Origin: Podarcis tiliguerta
Taxonomy: Eukaryota
NCBI GenBank assembly: GCA_965153285.1
Contig: OZ229118.1
DNA length: 64,000 bases
Strand: one strand, 5' to 3'
Position 1 is the first letter of the stretch, and every line of letters begins with the position of its first letter. Shown one piece after another: positions 1 through 12,416 of this stretch. The notes beneath the pieces were generated by a model. That model was not told the DNA's origin. It was given only the letters and a program-made list of their open reading frames with translations, and ran no database searches. Position numbers and translations under genes: made by a program.

Positions 1-555
1 TATTGTGAAATCTAAAGGATAACTGCTTCCCCATCTGCACATTAGTCCAGAATGTTCAGGTCACCTTAGTTCACAGTAAAATTTGCAAAGAGAGTGTGCT
101 TAGTTCAGTCTTCCCATGCCCCCAAAGATAAATAGTGCTGAAAAAGAATTTACATAGCATATTCACTTAAATGTTTATATGGGTGCCTGCAGCTGAATTT
201 CTGTCAGGGCTATTGATATGAAAACCTCTCTCTATACTCTATATTTTTAAGGTGCAATGTATTCTCTCCAGAATGTATTCGCTCCTTGCTTTGAGAGAAT
301 ATACTTCAATCATCAAAAAATGTCATGGGTTTCCATTTTTATTACTTTTTTTTAAATCTATTGACTCTAGAACAAGCTAATGTTCATTTAGCACATTGCA
401 CCAGGGTGAAGCAGGCTGCTAAACAGAGGCAGGGTGATTCTATATAGCTCCTTGAGATTTGTTTATCTGGTGACTAATGATTCATCTTTGTTCTTTGATG
501 GAGGGAAGAAAAAAATACAGTACCCTGGTTGTCTTGGCCATGCAACTTGACTTAC

Positions 556-611
556 CGTATGTTAAGTCAAGGATTCCTCCTCTTACTGATCTGAAAAAGT
601 TTGATCTGTGC
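556..611 (-). other. Candidate 56-nt internal exon of an unidentified minus-strand transcript
   Basis: Minus strand reads ctgatttccagttttctctag|GCACAG...ACATACG|gtaagt: branch-like CTGAT, polypyrimidine tract, AG, and a consensus donor. One of three frames is open (HRSNFFRSVRGGILDLTY). No partner exon or homologue recognised. Confidence 0.35.
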
Positions 612-1691
612 CTAGAGAAAACTGGAAATCAGATGCCTGGAAATGCCTGCAGGTTCAGCCCTTACCAATCATTATTATATTATTGATCCCAAAATCACCT
701 GACATACTGCAACTTCTTAATGCTTATTCAAGACATTTTCTGTTAAATGGTGCAGTGCAGATATCTGGGAAGAGTGCATCATTAACAGATTTACACAGGT
801 TGTTAGGCTTGCCAGCCTATTATTTCCAAATGGGGGAGTGTCTTATTTATATGGAGATATAGTGAAGCTTCTAAAAACCTTCCTTGACCTCTTGCCCTAA
901 TATTTTCACTTCAAACCCAATAATTAAAAGGAAGAAGGATCAAAATTACAGTTGTGTTGCTGCAATGATCATTATCTCTATTTATAAATCCAGCCCTTAT
1001 TTTGCCTTCTTTGTGTGCAGCTTGGTGTGGGATGCTGATGAAGACAGCCTAGTCCATAGTTTCCAACAACAAACACATTAATACCATTAGACAATAGCAG
1101 GTGCTTTATGCTGTTGTAGTGGCTCAAGGGATTTGCCTTCCAGAATGATTTTACTTGCTGTTAATTAAATCACTGTGTGCAATAGTATTTGCTATGCAGT
1201 ATCAATGCACCCTAGTTGATTTTAGCTTGTTAGAATAACTTTCTAACATAAACCTTTTTATGTAAACAGGGTCTGAGGGTTTTACAGAAGCCCTCAGGGA
1301 AATTTTTGTGTTTTTTATTAGTTTTATCATTATTTTTTTAAACCATCTTCTATTATCTGTAGGCAAAAAAAGAGCACAGAGCAACTCTCTAATGATAAGT
1401 TGAGAAGGGAAGGGAAGAGGGAAAAAAAATGGGAAGAAAATGAAGAAAGGTAAGGAAACACAATTTTACAAGCTGATATTTTAAATTAATGTGATTTTTT
1501 TTAAAGGCTACAATAGTATTTATGTACATGTTTAAATACATATCTTATTAAGTACTTTAAAACAAAATGTCATATTTAAATTATATTTTATTTCAATGTA
1601 CACATTTCTAAATTTACATTCTGGTAGGTTTTTTGAACCAAGAACTATATCACAAAATTCAGAGGAATCCACTGATTAATCTAGGTTTGGA

Positions 1692-1826
1692 TCAAGGAAC
1701 CTATAGCCACCCTGCTGTTGCTGAACTACAACTCCCATCAGCCCAAGCAAGCATGGCCAATGATCAGGCATGATGGAGGGTTGTAGTTCAGCAACAGCTG
1801 GAGGACCAAATATTTCCCACACCTGG
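1692..1826. mobile_element. Short palindromic non-autonomous DNA transposon (hAT/URR1-like MITE)
   Basis: Internal inverted arms gctgttgctgaactacaac / gttgtagttcagcaacagc around cagcccaagcaagcatggccaatgatcagg. Related copies at about 29363, 37225 and 59496. Confidence 0.6.
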
Positions 1827-2633
1827 TCTAGGTGCTTTGAATCAGGCCAGTTTGCCCTGGGATTCACACTGTTCAAATCCTCCAAAAAGCCCCAGTAATG
1901 TTGAAGTTCACAGCCATCCTTACAAGCGTTGTAATGCTCATTTGGTAGAATTGGGCATTTCACTCCAGCAATCCTCATCTTCCTTTGTCAATTTTGTAAT
2001 ATACAGACTAATTCTGTAATAAAGTAATAGATCATGGACTCTGTTTGTGGCTTGCCCAGCTTAGGCCCTGTATCATTAGCAGTGTTATATCTGCTGGTGC
2101 TAGGCTTAGCATTTTTTCTCCGTTGACTCAGAAGAATGGGGGCATTACTGTTAGAACAGGAACTACTAATAAAATGTCATTAGATTGTGATTTATGTGGC
2201 TTTCACAGAGCATCCACAGGCTCTGTAAATGGATAGGAGAGAAAGGCAGCGCTTCTGATGGATAAGAACTTGTTGAGACTCGGCAAACAGAGGCTAAGGG
2301 TGGAGATTCCACACAGCCAAATTCTACAGCTCTGAAGCTGTAGAATTTTTGTGTCTAATCATGTTGCTGTTCCTTCACTTTTTTCACTACTGCTGCTCTT
2401 GAACTAAGCATTGGCTCTCTGTTTTAAATTAAATGCAACATCTTCCTCCAGTTGTTGACATTTTAATTATTTTCAACGACTAACACAGGTGGCACTTTAG
2501 ATCTGTAAAAAAATATCTCAGTAACAAATTACACAATGTATAAGGGAAAGAAAGGGATTAGAAGTGGGAATAAGGTTAGCAGTTTCGAACAAAATAGCAA
2601 TATGAGAGTGGGGAGAGAGAGGGGGAGTATACT

Positions 2634-2785
2634 GGCTGTATACACACCATACATTTAAAGTACACTACTTTCTACAGAGAATCCTGAGAACTGTACTTTG
2701 TAAAGGGTGCTGTAAGGGGTAAATTACACTTCCCAGGACTCTTGAGGGAAGCAATGCACTTTAAATGTGCGGTGTGTACATAGCG
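2634..2785. mobile_element. Palindromic MITE (PIF/Harbinger-like)
   Basis: Ends ggctgtatacacaccatacatttaaag and ctttaaatgtgcggtgtgtacatagc are inverted repeats. Confidence 0.55.
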
Positions 2786-2866
2786 AACTGTCACATGGTG
2801 AAAAATCAAAGCTGGAAACCATCTTGCTATTGACAAAGATTTTGGATACATTGGATGCACCTGGTC

Positions 2867-3145
2867 ATAAGAACCTAAGAATCTGCTGTATCAGACCAAC
2901 GATGGCCCTTCAAGTCCAATATCTTTCTCGCAGTGGCCAAACAGGCACCTGTGGAAAACCCACAAGGAGGACTCAAGCACAAGAACACTCTCCCCTCCTG
3001 TGGTTTCCAGCAACTGCAAGTCCAGCATATGGCAAGTAGGTATGACTAGCCCTATTCTACATAATTTTTTCTCATCCTCTTTTAAAGGTTGGTGGCCATC
3101 ACTGTCTCCTGCAGGATTGAGTTCCATAGTTTCACCATGTGTTGA
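2867..3145 (-). mobile_element. CR1-type LINE 3' fragment
   Basis: cataagaacctaagaatctgctgtatcagacc...ggccatcactgtctcctgcaggattgagttccatagttt resembles the reverse complement of a squamate CR1 3' end. Confidence 0.6.
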
Positions 3146-3565
3146 AATCTTATAGCTAAATTGTTCTTTATTGGTTTTCTAATATTAGAATCCCCCCCCC
3201 CACCAGCTACCTTTCTCTAATGCATGTAGAAAGTTTCATGTCTAGTTTCCCAGGGAGAAGCAAACAATGTCTGCTTTCATACGTGCTGGTCTCTTTCAAT
3301 GTATTCAATCTGATGTGTTCAATCTGATGCATCACTTTACAGCCTCTGTGCCGCTGCATCACAGTGTTGGTTCACATTCGATATGTCACATTTCATAAAG
3401 CTGTGGCCCTGGATGACTCTTGTATCCATGCTGCTTTGGGAGCCCACTAGCAATGGCAGATGTGGTGTAAACCAAAAAGATTGTGCTGACTTCACTGCCA
3501 CTGCAGCCTCCCTATTCATGAAATCCCAATCAAACACAGGAATTGTATGGGCCTATAACCCATTA

Positions 3566-3933
3566 GGACATGGGTGGTGCTGTGGTGTAAACCACTGAGC
3601 CTTGGGATTGTCGATCAGAAGGTCAGTAGTTCAAATCCCCGCGACGGGGTGAGTTCCCATTGTTCAGTCCCAGCTCCTGCCAACCTAGCAGTTCGAAAGC
3701 ACCCCAAAAGTGCGAGGAGATAAATAGGTACTGCTCCAGGGGAAAGGTAAACGGTGTTTCCGTGCAGCTGCTCTGATTTCACCAGAAGTGGCTTAGTCAT
3801 GCTGGCCACATGACCCGGAAAAAACTGTCTGTGGACAAACGCTGGCTCCCTCGGCCAGTAAAGCGAGATGAGCGCCGCAACCCCAGAGTTGTTCGCAACT
3901 GGACTTAACTGTCAGGGGTCCTTTACCTTTTTC
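3566..3933 (+). mobile_element. Sauria SINE
   Basis: tRNA-like head with A and B boxes (ggtggtgctgtggtgtaa, gttcaaatcc), body ctgccaacctagcagttcgaaagc, ccttta tail. TSD TAACCCATTA at 3556-3565 and 3934-3943. Confidence 0.93.
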
Positions 3934-3969
3934 TAACCCATTAAATGTGATGTAAAACTATTAATTCCA

Positions 3970-4418
3970 AAACAACAACAACAACAACAATTTATTATTT
4001 CTACCCCGCCCATCTGGCAGGGCCTCCCCAGCCACTCTGGGCGGCCTCCAACAAAAGGTTAAAAATACATTAAAACACCAGTCATTAAAAACTTCCCTAA
4101 ACAGGGCTGCCTTCAGATGTCTTCTAAAGGTCATATAGTTGTTTATTTCTTTGACATCTGATGGGAGACCACGGGGCGGGCACCACTACCAAGAAGTCCC
4201 TCTGCCTGCTTCCCTGTAACTTCGCTTCTCGCAGTGAGGGAACTGCCAGAAGGCCCTTGGCGCTGGACCTCAGTGTCCAGTGAATGATGAGGGGTGAGAC
4301 GCTCCTTCAGGTATACAGGACTGAGGCCATTTGAATTGTGCCTTGAAACGTTCTGGGAGCCAATGTAGATCTTTCAAGATCAGTGTTATGTGGTCTTGGC
4401 GGCTGCTCCCAGTCACTA
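3970..4418 (-). mobile_element. L2-clade LINE 3' fragment with microsatellite tail
   Basis: Reverse complement of the copies at 20092 and 30400 (ttccctaaacagggctgccttcagatgtcttctaaa; ccccgcccatctggc); (CAA)n at the tail. Confidence 0.8.
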
Positions 4419-5043
4419 GTACGTTATTATACTAGTACGTGTTAAAAACTGCATGTCCAGGTAGGCTTGCTGAAGCAAGCAAGCAAACAAACAAACAAAT
4501 GAAAGGGTTTTAGCAGGTGCCAAGATGCTTTTTAAGAATCTGCACACTTGGTCTACCTGGAGGATCATTTCACCTTAGTGCACCTATTTAATCTGTGGGA
4601 CTTGGGTTGGAGAGGTGTGAATGAAGACAAAAATCTCTCATGGTGATGAAGGTTGCAACGAAGACCAATATTGCTGCCTCCATCGCCTCCTCAGGTAACT
4701 GCCCATTTCATGTGCTTGTCTTTGCTGTCTCTCAGTGCAGACCCAGGTTCTATTTTTATTTTTTATGCTGCACTAAATGTGCATTTTATATTTGACTTCC
4801 TTTAGTAATGTTTTCTTTTGAAATCATAAAGATAATTTGTTGTGGTGGTTGTTAACTTTTCTGTGTTAAATGTGCACCCTGCAGTTGACCTCCTAAGCAA
4901 TGTTGTGTTTTGAAATCCTCAAGATGATGTTTTAGTTTCCTATTAATTATGCTGCTTTGTATGTATGCTTTATATTTGACTTTCTTCAGTAATGTTTTAT
5001 TCTGGATTGTTTTACCTGATGTTTTAATGTGTTGTACACTGCT

Positions 5044-5400
5044 GTGGTGGCGCTGTGGGTAAAAGCCTCAGCGCCTAGGGCTTGCCGATCGAAAGGTCGG
5101 CGGTTCGAATCCCCGCTGCGGGGTGCGCTCCCGTTGCTCGGTCCCAGCGCCTGCCAACCTAGCAGTTCTAAAGCACTCTCGGGTGCAAGTAGATAAATAG
5201 GGACCGCTTACTAGCGGGAAGGTAAACGGCGTTTCCGTGTGCGGCTCTGGCTCGCCAGAGCAGCGATGTCACGCTGGCCATGTGACCCGGAAGTGTCTCC
5301 GGACAGCGCTGGCCCCCGGCCTCTTGAGTGAGATGGGCGCACAACCCTAGAGTCTGTCAAGACTGGCCCGTACGGGCAGGGGTACCTTTACCTTTACCTT
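5044..5400 (+). mobile_element. Sauria SINE, young CpG-rich subfamily
   Basis: Intact B box ggttcgaatccc and (ACCTTT)3 tail. TSD TACACTGCT at 5035-5043 and 5401-5409. Near-identical to the copy at 30026. Confidence 0.95.
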
Positions 5401-5870
5401 TACACTGCTTTGACGGGTTTTTCCCTTAAAAATATATAGTGGTATAGAAATGAAATAAATAATAGTAAAACATAATAATAATTGATCAAATCACTTTGTG
5501 GAGATTAATAACAACTGAACCCTAGAGTTGGAAAAGACGACAAATCTAAATTATATTTTATCATTTGCCTTATTTGGCAATTGTTATTTCTGGATAATAA
5601 CCACCCTCTTCAGGTATAACATATATAATTGCATGTTCTCTTCTATCCCTGATTAAATATTTTTAAGGTCACAACCTGTATGGTACTCACATGTGGAGAT
5701 TATGCTCCAAATTCATGTTTCTTTTTTTAAAAAAAAGAAAAAAAAGAATCTTGAAATGTCTTGTGTTACATTGTTAGTTTTTGGCTTTAAAAAAAATAAA
5801 TCTTCAGTTTCTTTGTTCTTTCAAAAATATCAACAAAAAACAAACCACCCCCTTCAGGTATTTCCCTACA

Positions 5871-6392
5871 CAGTGATACCTCCAAGTTTCGAGTGTCTTT
5901 GAAGCTGAACATTTCGATTTCCGAAAACCCAGAAGTTATTGTTTCCATTTTTGAACGCGCCTTTGAAGTCGAACAGCTTCCGCTGAGTCCGTTCCCCCCC
6001 CCCAATTTTCTCAATGGGAATTGCAGATGACCCTTTGCGCCTTGGTTTTTGAACATTTCAGAAGCAGAACGGTCTTCCGGAATGGATTACCGTATTTTTC
6101 GCCCCATAGGACACACCTAGGGTTTTTTTTGGGGGGGGGGTGGGAAATAAAGGAAAAAAATTATTTCCCCCCCAGGCACGGGGCTGGTGTGGGGGAAGCC
6201 CAAGCTTCCCCTGACCCCAGCCCCCAGAACAGCCTGCTATCCGCAAGCCTAGGGAGCCGTGCCGGTATCCCCAGGCTTGCGGACAGCTGTGCGAAGCGCT
6301 CGCGCTCTTCAGCGCGCCCAAGGCTTCGGAATGCAGGTAGCTCTGTGCAATCCTCTGGAGCCCGGCGTGGCTCAAAAACCGAGGTACCACTG
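5871..6392. mobile_element. Tc1-mariner/Tigger-like non-autonomous element (MITE)
   Basis: TIRs CAGTGATACCTC (5871) and GAGGTACCACTG (6381-6392), followed by TA. GC/CpG-rich interior explains the spurious ORFs at 6021-6482. Confidence 0.8.
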
Positions 6393-7067
6393 TACATGTG
6401 TGGGTTAAAATCCTTCCAAGTCCAACTGCTATTGCCACTTTGCATGTTGGCTTATTTCAGACCTGCATGCACTGAGAGTTAAACATCTGAACAGGACTTC
6501 TACCTGCTTCTGACCAGCTGAAGATGATCAGAACCGTTTTGAGACTTCCATGCTTAACATGCAGAGCTGTGGGGAAGGGGCAGAACTGGCACAAATGCCT
6601 ATGTCTTGGCCCCTGCTCATAATTAGTACTCCCATGATCAGGCTCAACACCTGAATAGTCAAGTCATACTTAGAATTGTTGCTTGAAGTTGTCTGGAAGT
6701 CGTTTTCTAGAAACTCTGCAAACAGCCCTTGAAAGGTACAGTCAAAATGTTGCTATACAGGCTTGGCAACGTTTTATTTTAAAGTAAACCTGAGTCTTTC
6801 TTTCTGGATACTTTATCCCAAACTGACAAGTATGCAAAATGCCTTAAGGTTAATGAAGTTTTTAAAATATTGTTATCTAAAGACATTCTTCCAAGTTAGG
6901 AAAGATAAAGTCCAGCAAATGATAAAAGTTTTACCATTTCAATGCTGTATGCATTAATGATAACAGAGATTTCCATCTCATTTAGGGAGATAAAGCAATT
7001 TGCACAGTGCCTATTACAACTGTACGGTTAAGGAAATGGCAAATAAAATAGTCCACATTCTTTCCTG

Positions 7068-7081
7068 GTTGCTATGGCAAA
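7068..7081. promoter_or_regulatory. RFX X-box-like site
   Basis: GTTGCTATGGCAAA matches the palindromic X-box GTTGCCATGGCAAC at 12 of 14 positions, in non-repeat sequence. Confidence 0.4.
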
Positions 7082-9475
7082 TGTATAATATGTACAATTT
7101 GAGAAGATAATAGTTTCGAAACTCAGGTAGCCAATTTTTCTGAATAAGATTGAAAACTATTTCTGGTAAAACCTAATAGAAAAACATTGCAATTGAATAA
7201 TGAATTGAGGAGGCTACAACCAGCTCTCTGACTTGGAAAATAGACTTCACCTACAAATTAATACATCTAGAATATTAGAATATCAAGTGCTTTCTATTAC
7301 AATAACTGACATTCCAGTCTTGGATTCTGTGAATTGTCATCCTGTGCCCACATCTTCAACATTTTGACAAAGAGATATGGGAGAGAAAAACTTAAGCAGG
7401 TGGAAACTATAAACCTGAATGCAAACATGAAATATTTAGAAATAAAAATATTGAAAGAGGAAGACTCGGTCAACCATTTGGTGAGCTAATCATTTGTGAA
7501 ATGATTAGAGTATTTGAAGCTATTATACTATAAAATATCAACTGTTTTGTTTATTGCCCCAGCTTTGGCACAACATTGTCCCAACCTCTCCAACCCCAAG
7601 ATGGCAGGGAACTGGACTAATGATTATCACCATCATAAATCCTCTCCATTAAAGGTCCTGATATTGAAAGATATTCCTAGATTTAGTTGAGGCAATATTT
7701 GGAAGTGTTGGGGTCAAAACATCAGGCTCAAATAGCCTGCTCTTTTCTAATACCTGTTAAACAGCTATTGCTCAAAACAAATGGAAGCAAATAGACATAT
7801 GTTCAGTCTTACAGCGGGGAATTAAATGTTAGCCATTGTTGAAGTATTTAAAAACAGCTTATGTTATAAGATACAAGGATGGAAAGTATATAGAATACAT
7901 TGAAGTGATAAAGACTTGAGATTAACAAAATTTAAATCTAGGCTTTGGTAAATGTAACTGAATTTTGATGTAAGTTTATATATGTTCCGTAAGATATGGA
8001 AACTAGATTTAAGCACTTTATTAGTTATTGCCAAAGTACTATAACTTTGCATATTGGTTAAGTGTTTATGTTGAAGACTACTGCAATTATATGCCTGGGT
8101 GTAAGCTCCACTGAACTCATTGGGATGGATTTGACATGTGCAGTTGACATGTGGAGGACTGTGCTGTTAATACTTGTGCTGTTAATACTTGTGCTTTTTT
8201 GACTATGTATACTAAAGATTCTGTTTTGTAAGATTTATGAGGTATATTTCGATATGCTGTTAATATAACATATATACAAAGAGGAAAAAATGGTGAAAAG
8301 TATTCCCTGGTTTCAAGTGCATGAAATTACTCACCAAAAGACTTATATATTTTTTGCCTGCTTTGAAAGTCTAAAATTTACAAATCATTGGTGAGTTATC
8401 TATTTTCACAATGGCCCCAATCCAACTTATTTCAATAACTAGGGCTTAAGCTAGTCACTGATAATTCACCTCATTCATTTAAATGAGACTGAGGTGTGAC
8501 TAACATTATTTGGATTGAGTCCATTCTCTCCCCCCTCCCCAAATATGAACCAATAACCTGTTCTTTAGCTCTCTGAAACAGGCTTTCTTCCTGATGAGCA
8601 GGTGCAATGTAATATTTAAGCTGTCCCAAATGTCTGGTGCCCGATTAGCCGACCAAAGAAAATTATTGTGTTGACTATTGGTTTACTTTCCCTGCAGCAT
8701 GTCGGAAATAAAATACATGGTGAGACATGTCATTGGTCTGATTGAGAATGGCAGCTCTTGACTTCTTTGTAGCACTGCATGAGAGAAAGTTGAGCACACT
8801 TTTGTTATTCCAGGCACACAACTTTTATGTTCCACTCCTTGAGGCAAAATGGGTGCAATGTGTGAAACTAGAGCCTGGCAGAGTTCTGTTCACATAACCT
8901 TGCTGTAGAAGACTTGTGGCAGATGTAGAGTTCTGTCAGGTTAAATAGAAATCACATCTTGGTTAGCTATGTGATTTGGCAGGTCTAAAAATGCTAAAGG
9001 CTTCTCCATCACTGACACACCAGCTTTGTTTTCCTTGTTAGTTTTCTAGCAGGGTGGGGGACTTGGAGTGCCTTCCATGTTCAATCTCAGGTTTCAATCT
9101 GAAACTAAAGAAAAGACACCCCCCTCGAGAACAGGAAGATTCAACTTAGAATATGGATCTGTTTCGTGATACTAATAACACTGTGAAAGCCCTTTCTTGG
9201 ATTTTTGTATTGGACAGCTTTCTTCCAGGCTACCTAGCTTGTGCATATGCATCTTGCAAAATACTGATAGTTAATGGGTTGGAACTGGACTTAATTGCAC
9301 TTGTTTCCCATTGATTTCAGTAGGACTTAAGTCATAACTAACTTGCTCCATTGATTTCGATGGAACCCACTTTCAACTCAGATTCAGCTCAATTTATATG
9401 TGTGAAGATCATTAGGGAAAATGCTTGTGAAGACTTTTAAGGTTATTTACAGCATAGTTCCTTCTTTTTTTGCAG

Positions 9476-9930
9476 AATCATTAATGTACAGTAGTTCATT
9501 CATACTAGACTGCAGTCAGCAGCAGTTGGAGGAGTGGAGCAGGACAGAGCAGTGTTGCCTCTTCTCAATGCAGAGATCCCTGCCAGTTACCAAGAAGAAG
9601 AGGGACAAATTGTTGGGGAGGATGGTGCAGATGCATTCATGGAAAAGTGGATTGGCTCTGCTGCTTCACCCATACTACACCGACATACCCACCGCCTTGC
9701 CCCTGCTACTCTCAGTTACTGGCATTGACCACATTGGGAAGCTTGGTGTGCACTGCTGCCCACCCCTGCTCTGTCCCACTGACCGTCCACCTGTTGAAGA
9801 ACCTTTTCAACCACCTCATGCACATAAAGCCAGGCTGTTGGTTCCAATTCTACTGTTACACCAGTCTTGAGTCTCCTCACAGAAGGGAGAAGTTATTTCC
9901 ATAGTGCATCTTTGAAGAATTGATGCAAAG
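9476..9930 (+). other. Exon-like, GC-elevated segment of unknown origin
   Basis: Acceptor ttccttctttttttgcag before 9476 and donor AAG|gtaaat after 9930. Overlapping open frames (9421-9870, 9534-9728, 9647-9904). No recognised protein family. Confidence 0.3.
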
Positions 9931-10512
9931 GTAAATGTTGCATTTTTTCCTTATAGAATTAGGCAGCATAGGATATAGTGTACCAAAGGCAACGAACACA
10001 GTAAACGTAGCTGCTCTGAAATCCATAACAACTCTGACTTGTGCCTCACAACTCCAGCATTAAATTTTCCACTGAAAACAAAACAATCTGAAAAACTCAT
10101 TTTCTAAAAAGTATTGCTTATTGAAAAAGAGCACAAGCTTCACTGCCTGTTTTGGCATTTTTTATGTGGACCTTTAAAACTTTTGGATGTTACTCAGTTG
10201 ATTTCATTTTTCTTTTTCTGAGCTTGAAACTGCTCAGGTTGTATATAGCTTGAGACTTTGTAATGAAAATTTCACAGATGTGTAGTTCACTTGTGCTGCT
10301 TCTGCATCTAATATATCTAAGCACTCTTCTTGCACCAAATAATTTTATCTGCGTGGCATGGAGCTGCTGAGCACCTCATGAGATACTTGCGAGATAAAAC
10401 CAAAAGCTTTAAAAGAAGCAGAGACAAAATGTATGCCATACTCAGAACCACTCCAAGAATTATTCAGTGGTACTCAGCACAGTTGTGGATGTCTCCACTG
10501 CTTCTGAATATC

Positions 10513-10664
10513 CAGTGTGTGTTTTTTTGGAGGGACGCAGGAGTATGCATACCCCTAAACATTTTGTGAATCTAAGTTTGGCCTCATTGAGGGGCAGTAT
10601 TTCAATATGAGTAGGAAAATGAGAGCACCCCTAAACATTCCCCCCCCCCCGAAAAAAAGCATTG
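10513..10664. mobile_element. hAT-type MITE
   Basis: Exact 8-bp TSD TGAATATC (10505-10512, 10665-10672). Imperfect TIRs cagtgtgtgttttttt and aaaaaaagcattg. Confidence 0.8.
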
Positions 10665-11560
10665 TGAATATCAATCCAGGCCCAATGTCATAGTGGGGGT
10701 AAATAAAGGTAAAAAAGGTAAAGGCTGATGACATTATCACCTATCTTTTTTAAAAAAAAAAAAATCAAACTTTTTTTTGAGACATTTCTCAGTAGGAAAA
10801 CTCTGAGCACCATCTTTATTTTCCCAGAATGCCTCTGGGCCTCAACATTAGGTGGGTCCAGATACATTGTGTTTTTGAGTGCTGCAGCTGCCTCGCCTGG
10901 TATTTCTCTGATGAATACTGCCCATCCCTGGTAAGTTTATGGGGAGGTCAAGCTGCAGGTGGGGGCAGTGGAGACAGGTGATGGTTTTCAGTTTAGCACG
11001 CACCAAGAAATATGTGAAATGGCATATTTCTGAGAGAGCACCAGAGTGGTGTTGGGAGGCAGCTTGCCCAGGGACCCCTCAAAAGGATTCCTTTCATCCT
11101 TTGAACATTCCTCAGTACTCTTTTTGCTTGACTCTTTATATAAAAACTGCTTTTTGGGGAAGTGTACATTTAAAGACACTGTCAAGAAACAGAATGTACT
11201 TTATTACTCAGAGATAAAAGGGAATGGCTGAGAAAGCTGATCAGAGATTTTAATGCTGATGAGAAGAGGGAAGAAAGTGTTGAGAATTCAGAAAAGGAAA
11301 GCACATGACATCTGCTGAGTTGGATGTGGGAAAGAGCTTGAAAGATGAATGCTCAAGAGTCATTCCTGGCGGGTGGGGAGGAATACCCTAAACATGCAAT
11401 TGACAATGTTATCCATTCCAGTTACTTAGCTCTGTACAATTAAAAACTCCATGCAAATAAACCAATCAAAGAAAGTAAATTAGAACTGCTCCAAAATATT
11501 GTGATAGTATTTTTCTTTGAACAGCCAGATTTGTTACTCAACTTGTGTTTATGTTCCTAG

Positions 11561-11699
11561 CAGTGCTATTTTCCTGGAAAAAGAGGTACCAGAACTCACC
11601 ATGAACACCGCCCTTGTTTTCTTGGAATGTCAATGGTGCCCACCTGAGAGGTGCCAGAACTGAGTTTCAATGATTTCCCACTGGAAAGAAAAAGCCCAG
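11561..11699. mobile_element. hAT-type MITE
   Basis: Exact 8-bp TSD GTTCCTAG (11553-11560, 11700-11707). Ends cagtgctatttt and aaaaagcccag. Confidence 0.75.
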
Positions 11700-12416
11700 G
11701 TTCCTAGTGTTTGTTTCTAAAATGTTGGGACCCTATTTCTTCAATGCAGTTCTTGTGTTCTTTCTGTACTGGTCATACTTGTACTCTTGCCCATGAGAAT
11801 GTTATCTGAAAATGATGGGTATTTTAAGGTGCCACACACAAGGGCTGAGCTGAAGCCCCCAAGGCTGTCACTGCTTTTCTCTTTTATGTTTGGCGATGAA
11901 TTAATAAAGAAGATTGCACAGCTATATCCAAAGCGAGGTGACAAAGCAACTAACTGATGCTGCGCAGTGAAATCCCTGTGGTTCAGTATGTCAAACAAAA
12001 TGGATCAACATAGCCAATCAGATACAATATGGTGGTGTGAGATGTGTTTTGCGTTTTCTTTTTGTACTTTTATGCTGTAAGCCACCCTGTGATCTTAGGA
12101 TGAAGGGCGGCATAAAAAATTAATAATATTAATAAATATTAATAAAGAGTACAAAAAATTATGTCTACAATGTTCATGAAAAAGTGCACAATTAAGTTGT
12201 GTGTGACTGATCTTTTCTGAAGCCAGATAAAATGGGCCCCTCAGCACCTTTGTTTAAAATGTAGCTTCCAACATTGTCTTCTCTGGGGCAAAATATGATC
12301 CACATTATGATCCCTTGGTCCAACTTCTTAAACAGAATCATGTCTTAATTACTTTGTTAGCACTACTCATTGCAGAATTGTTCCTGGATAGTTTGTGAAC
12401 TGTATATTTAAGCTAG

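Noticed and set aside
6021-6482. Overlapping 94-153 aa ORFs and CpG-island-like composition
   Set aside because: They lie mostly inside a TIR-bounded Tigger-like MITE. The ORFs reflect GC richness and show no recognisable domain.
8329-8396. 36-nt minus-strand exon candidate flanked by an actcaccaa/ttggtgagt inverted repeat
   Set aside because: The polypyrimidine tract is weak and the peptide is unrecognised; likely chance.
9534-9728. Faint resemblance (GEDGA; LAP...YW) to bornavirus nucleoprotein
   Set aside because: Only a few residues, in the wrong order, with no extended alignment by eye. Not supportable without a profile search.
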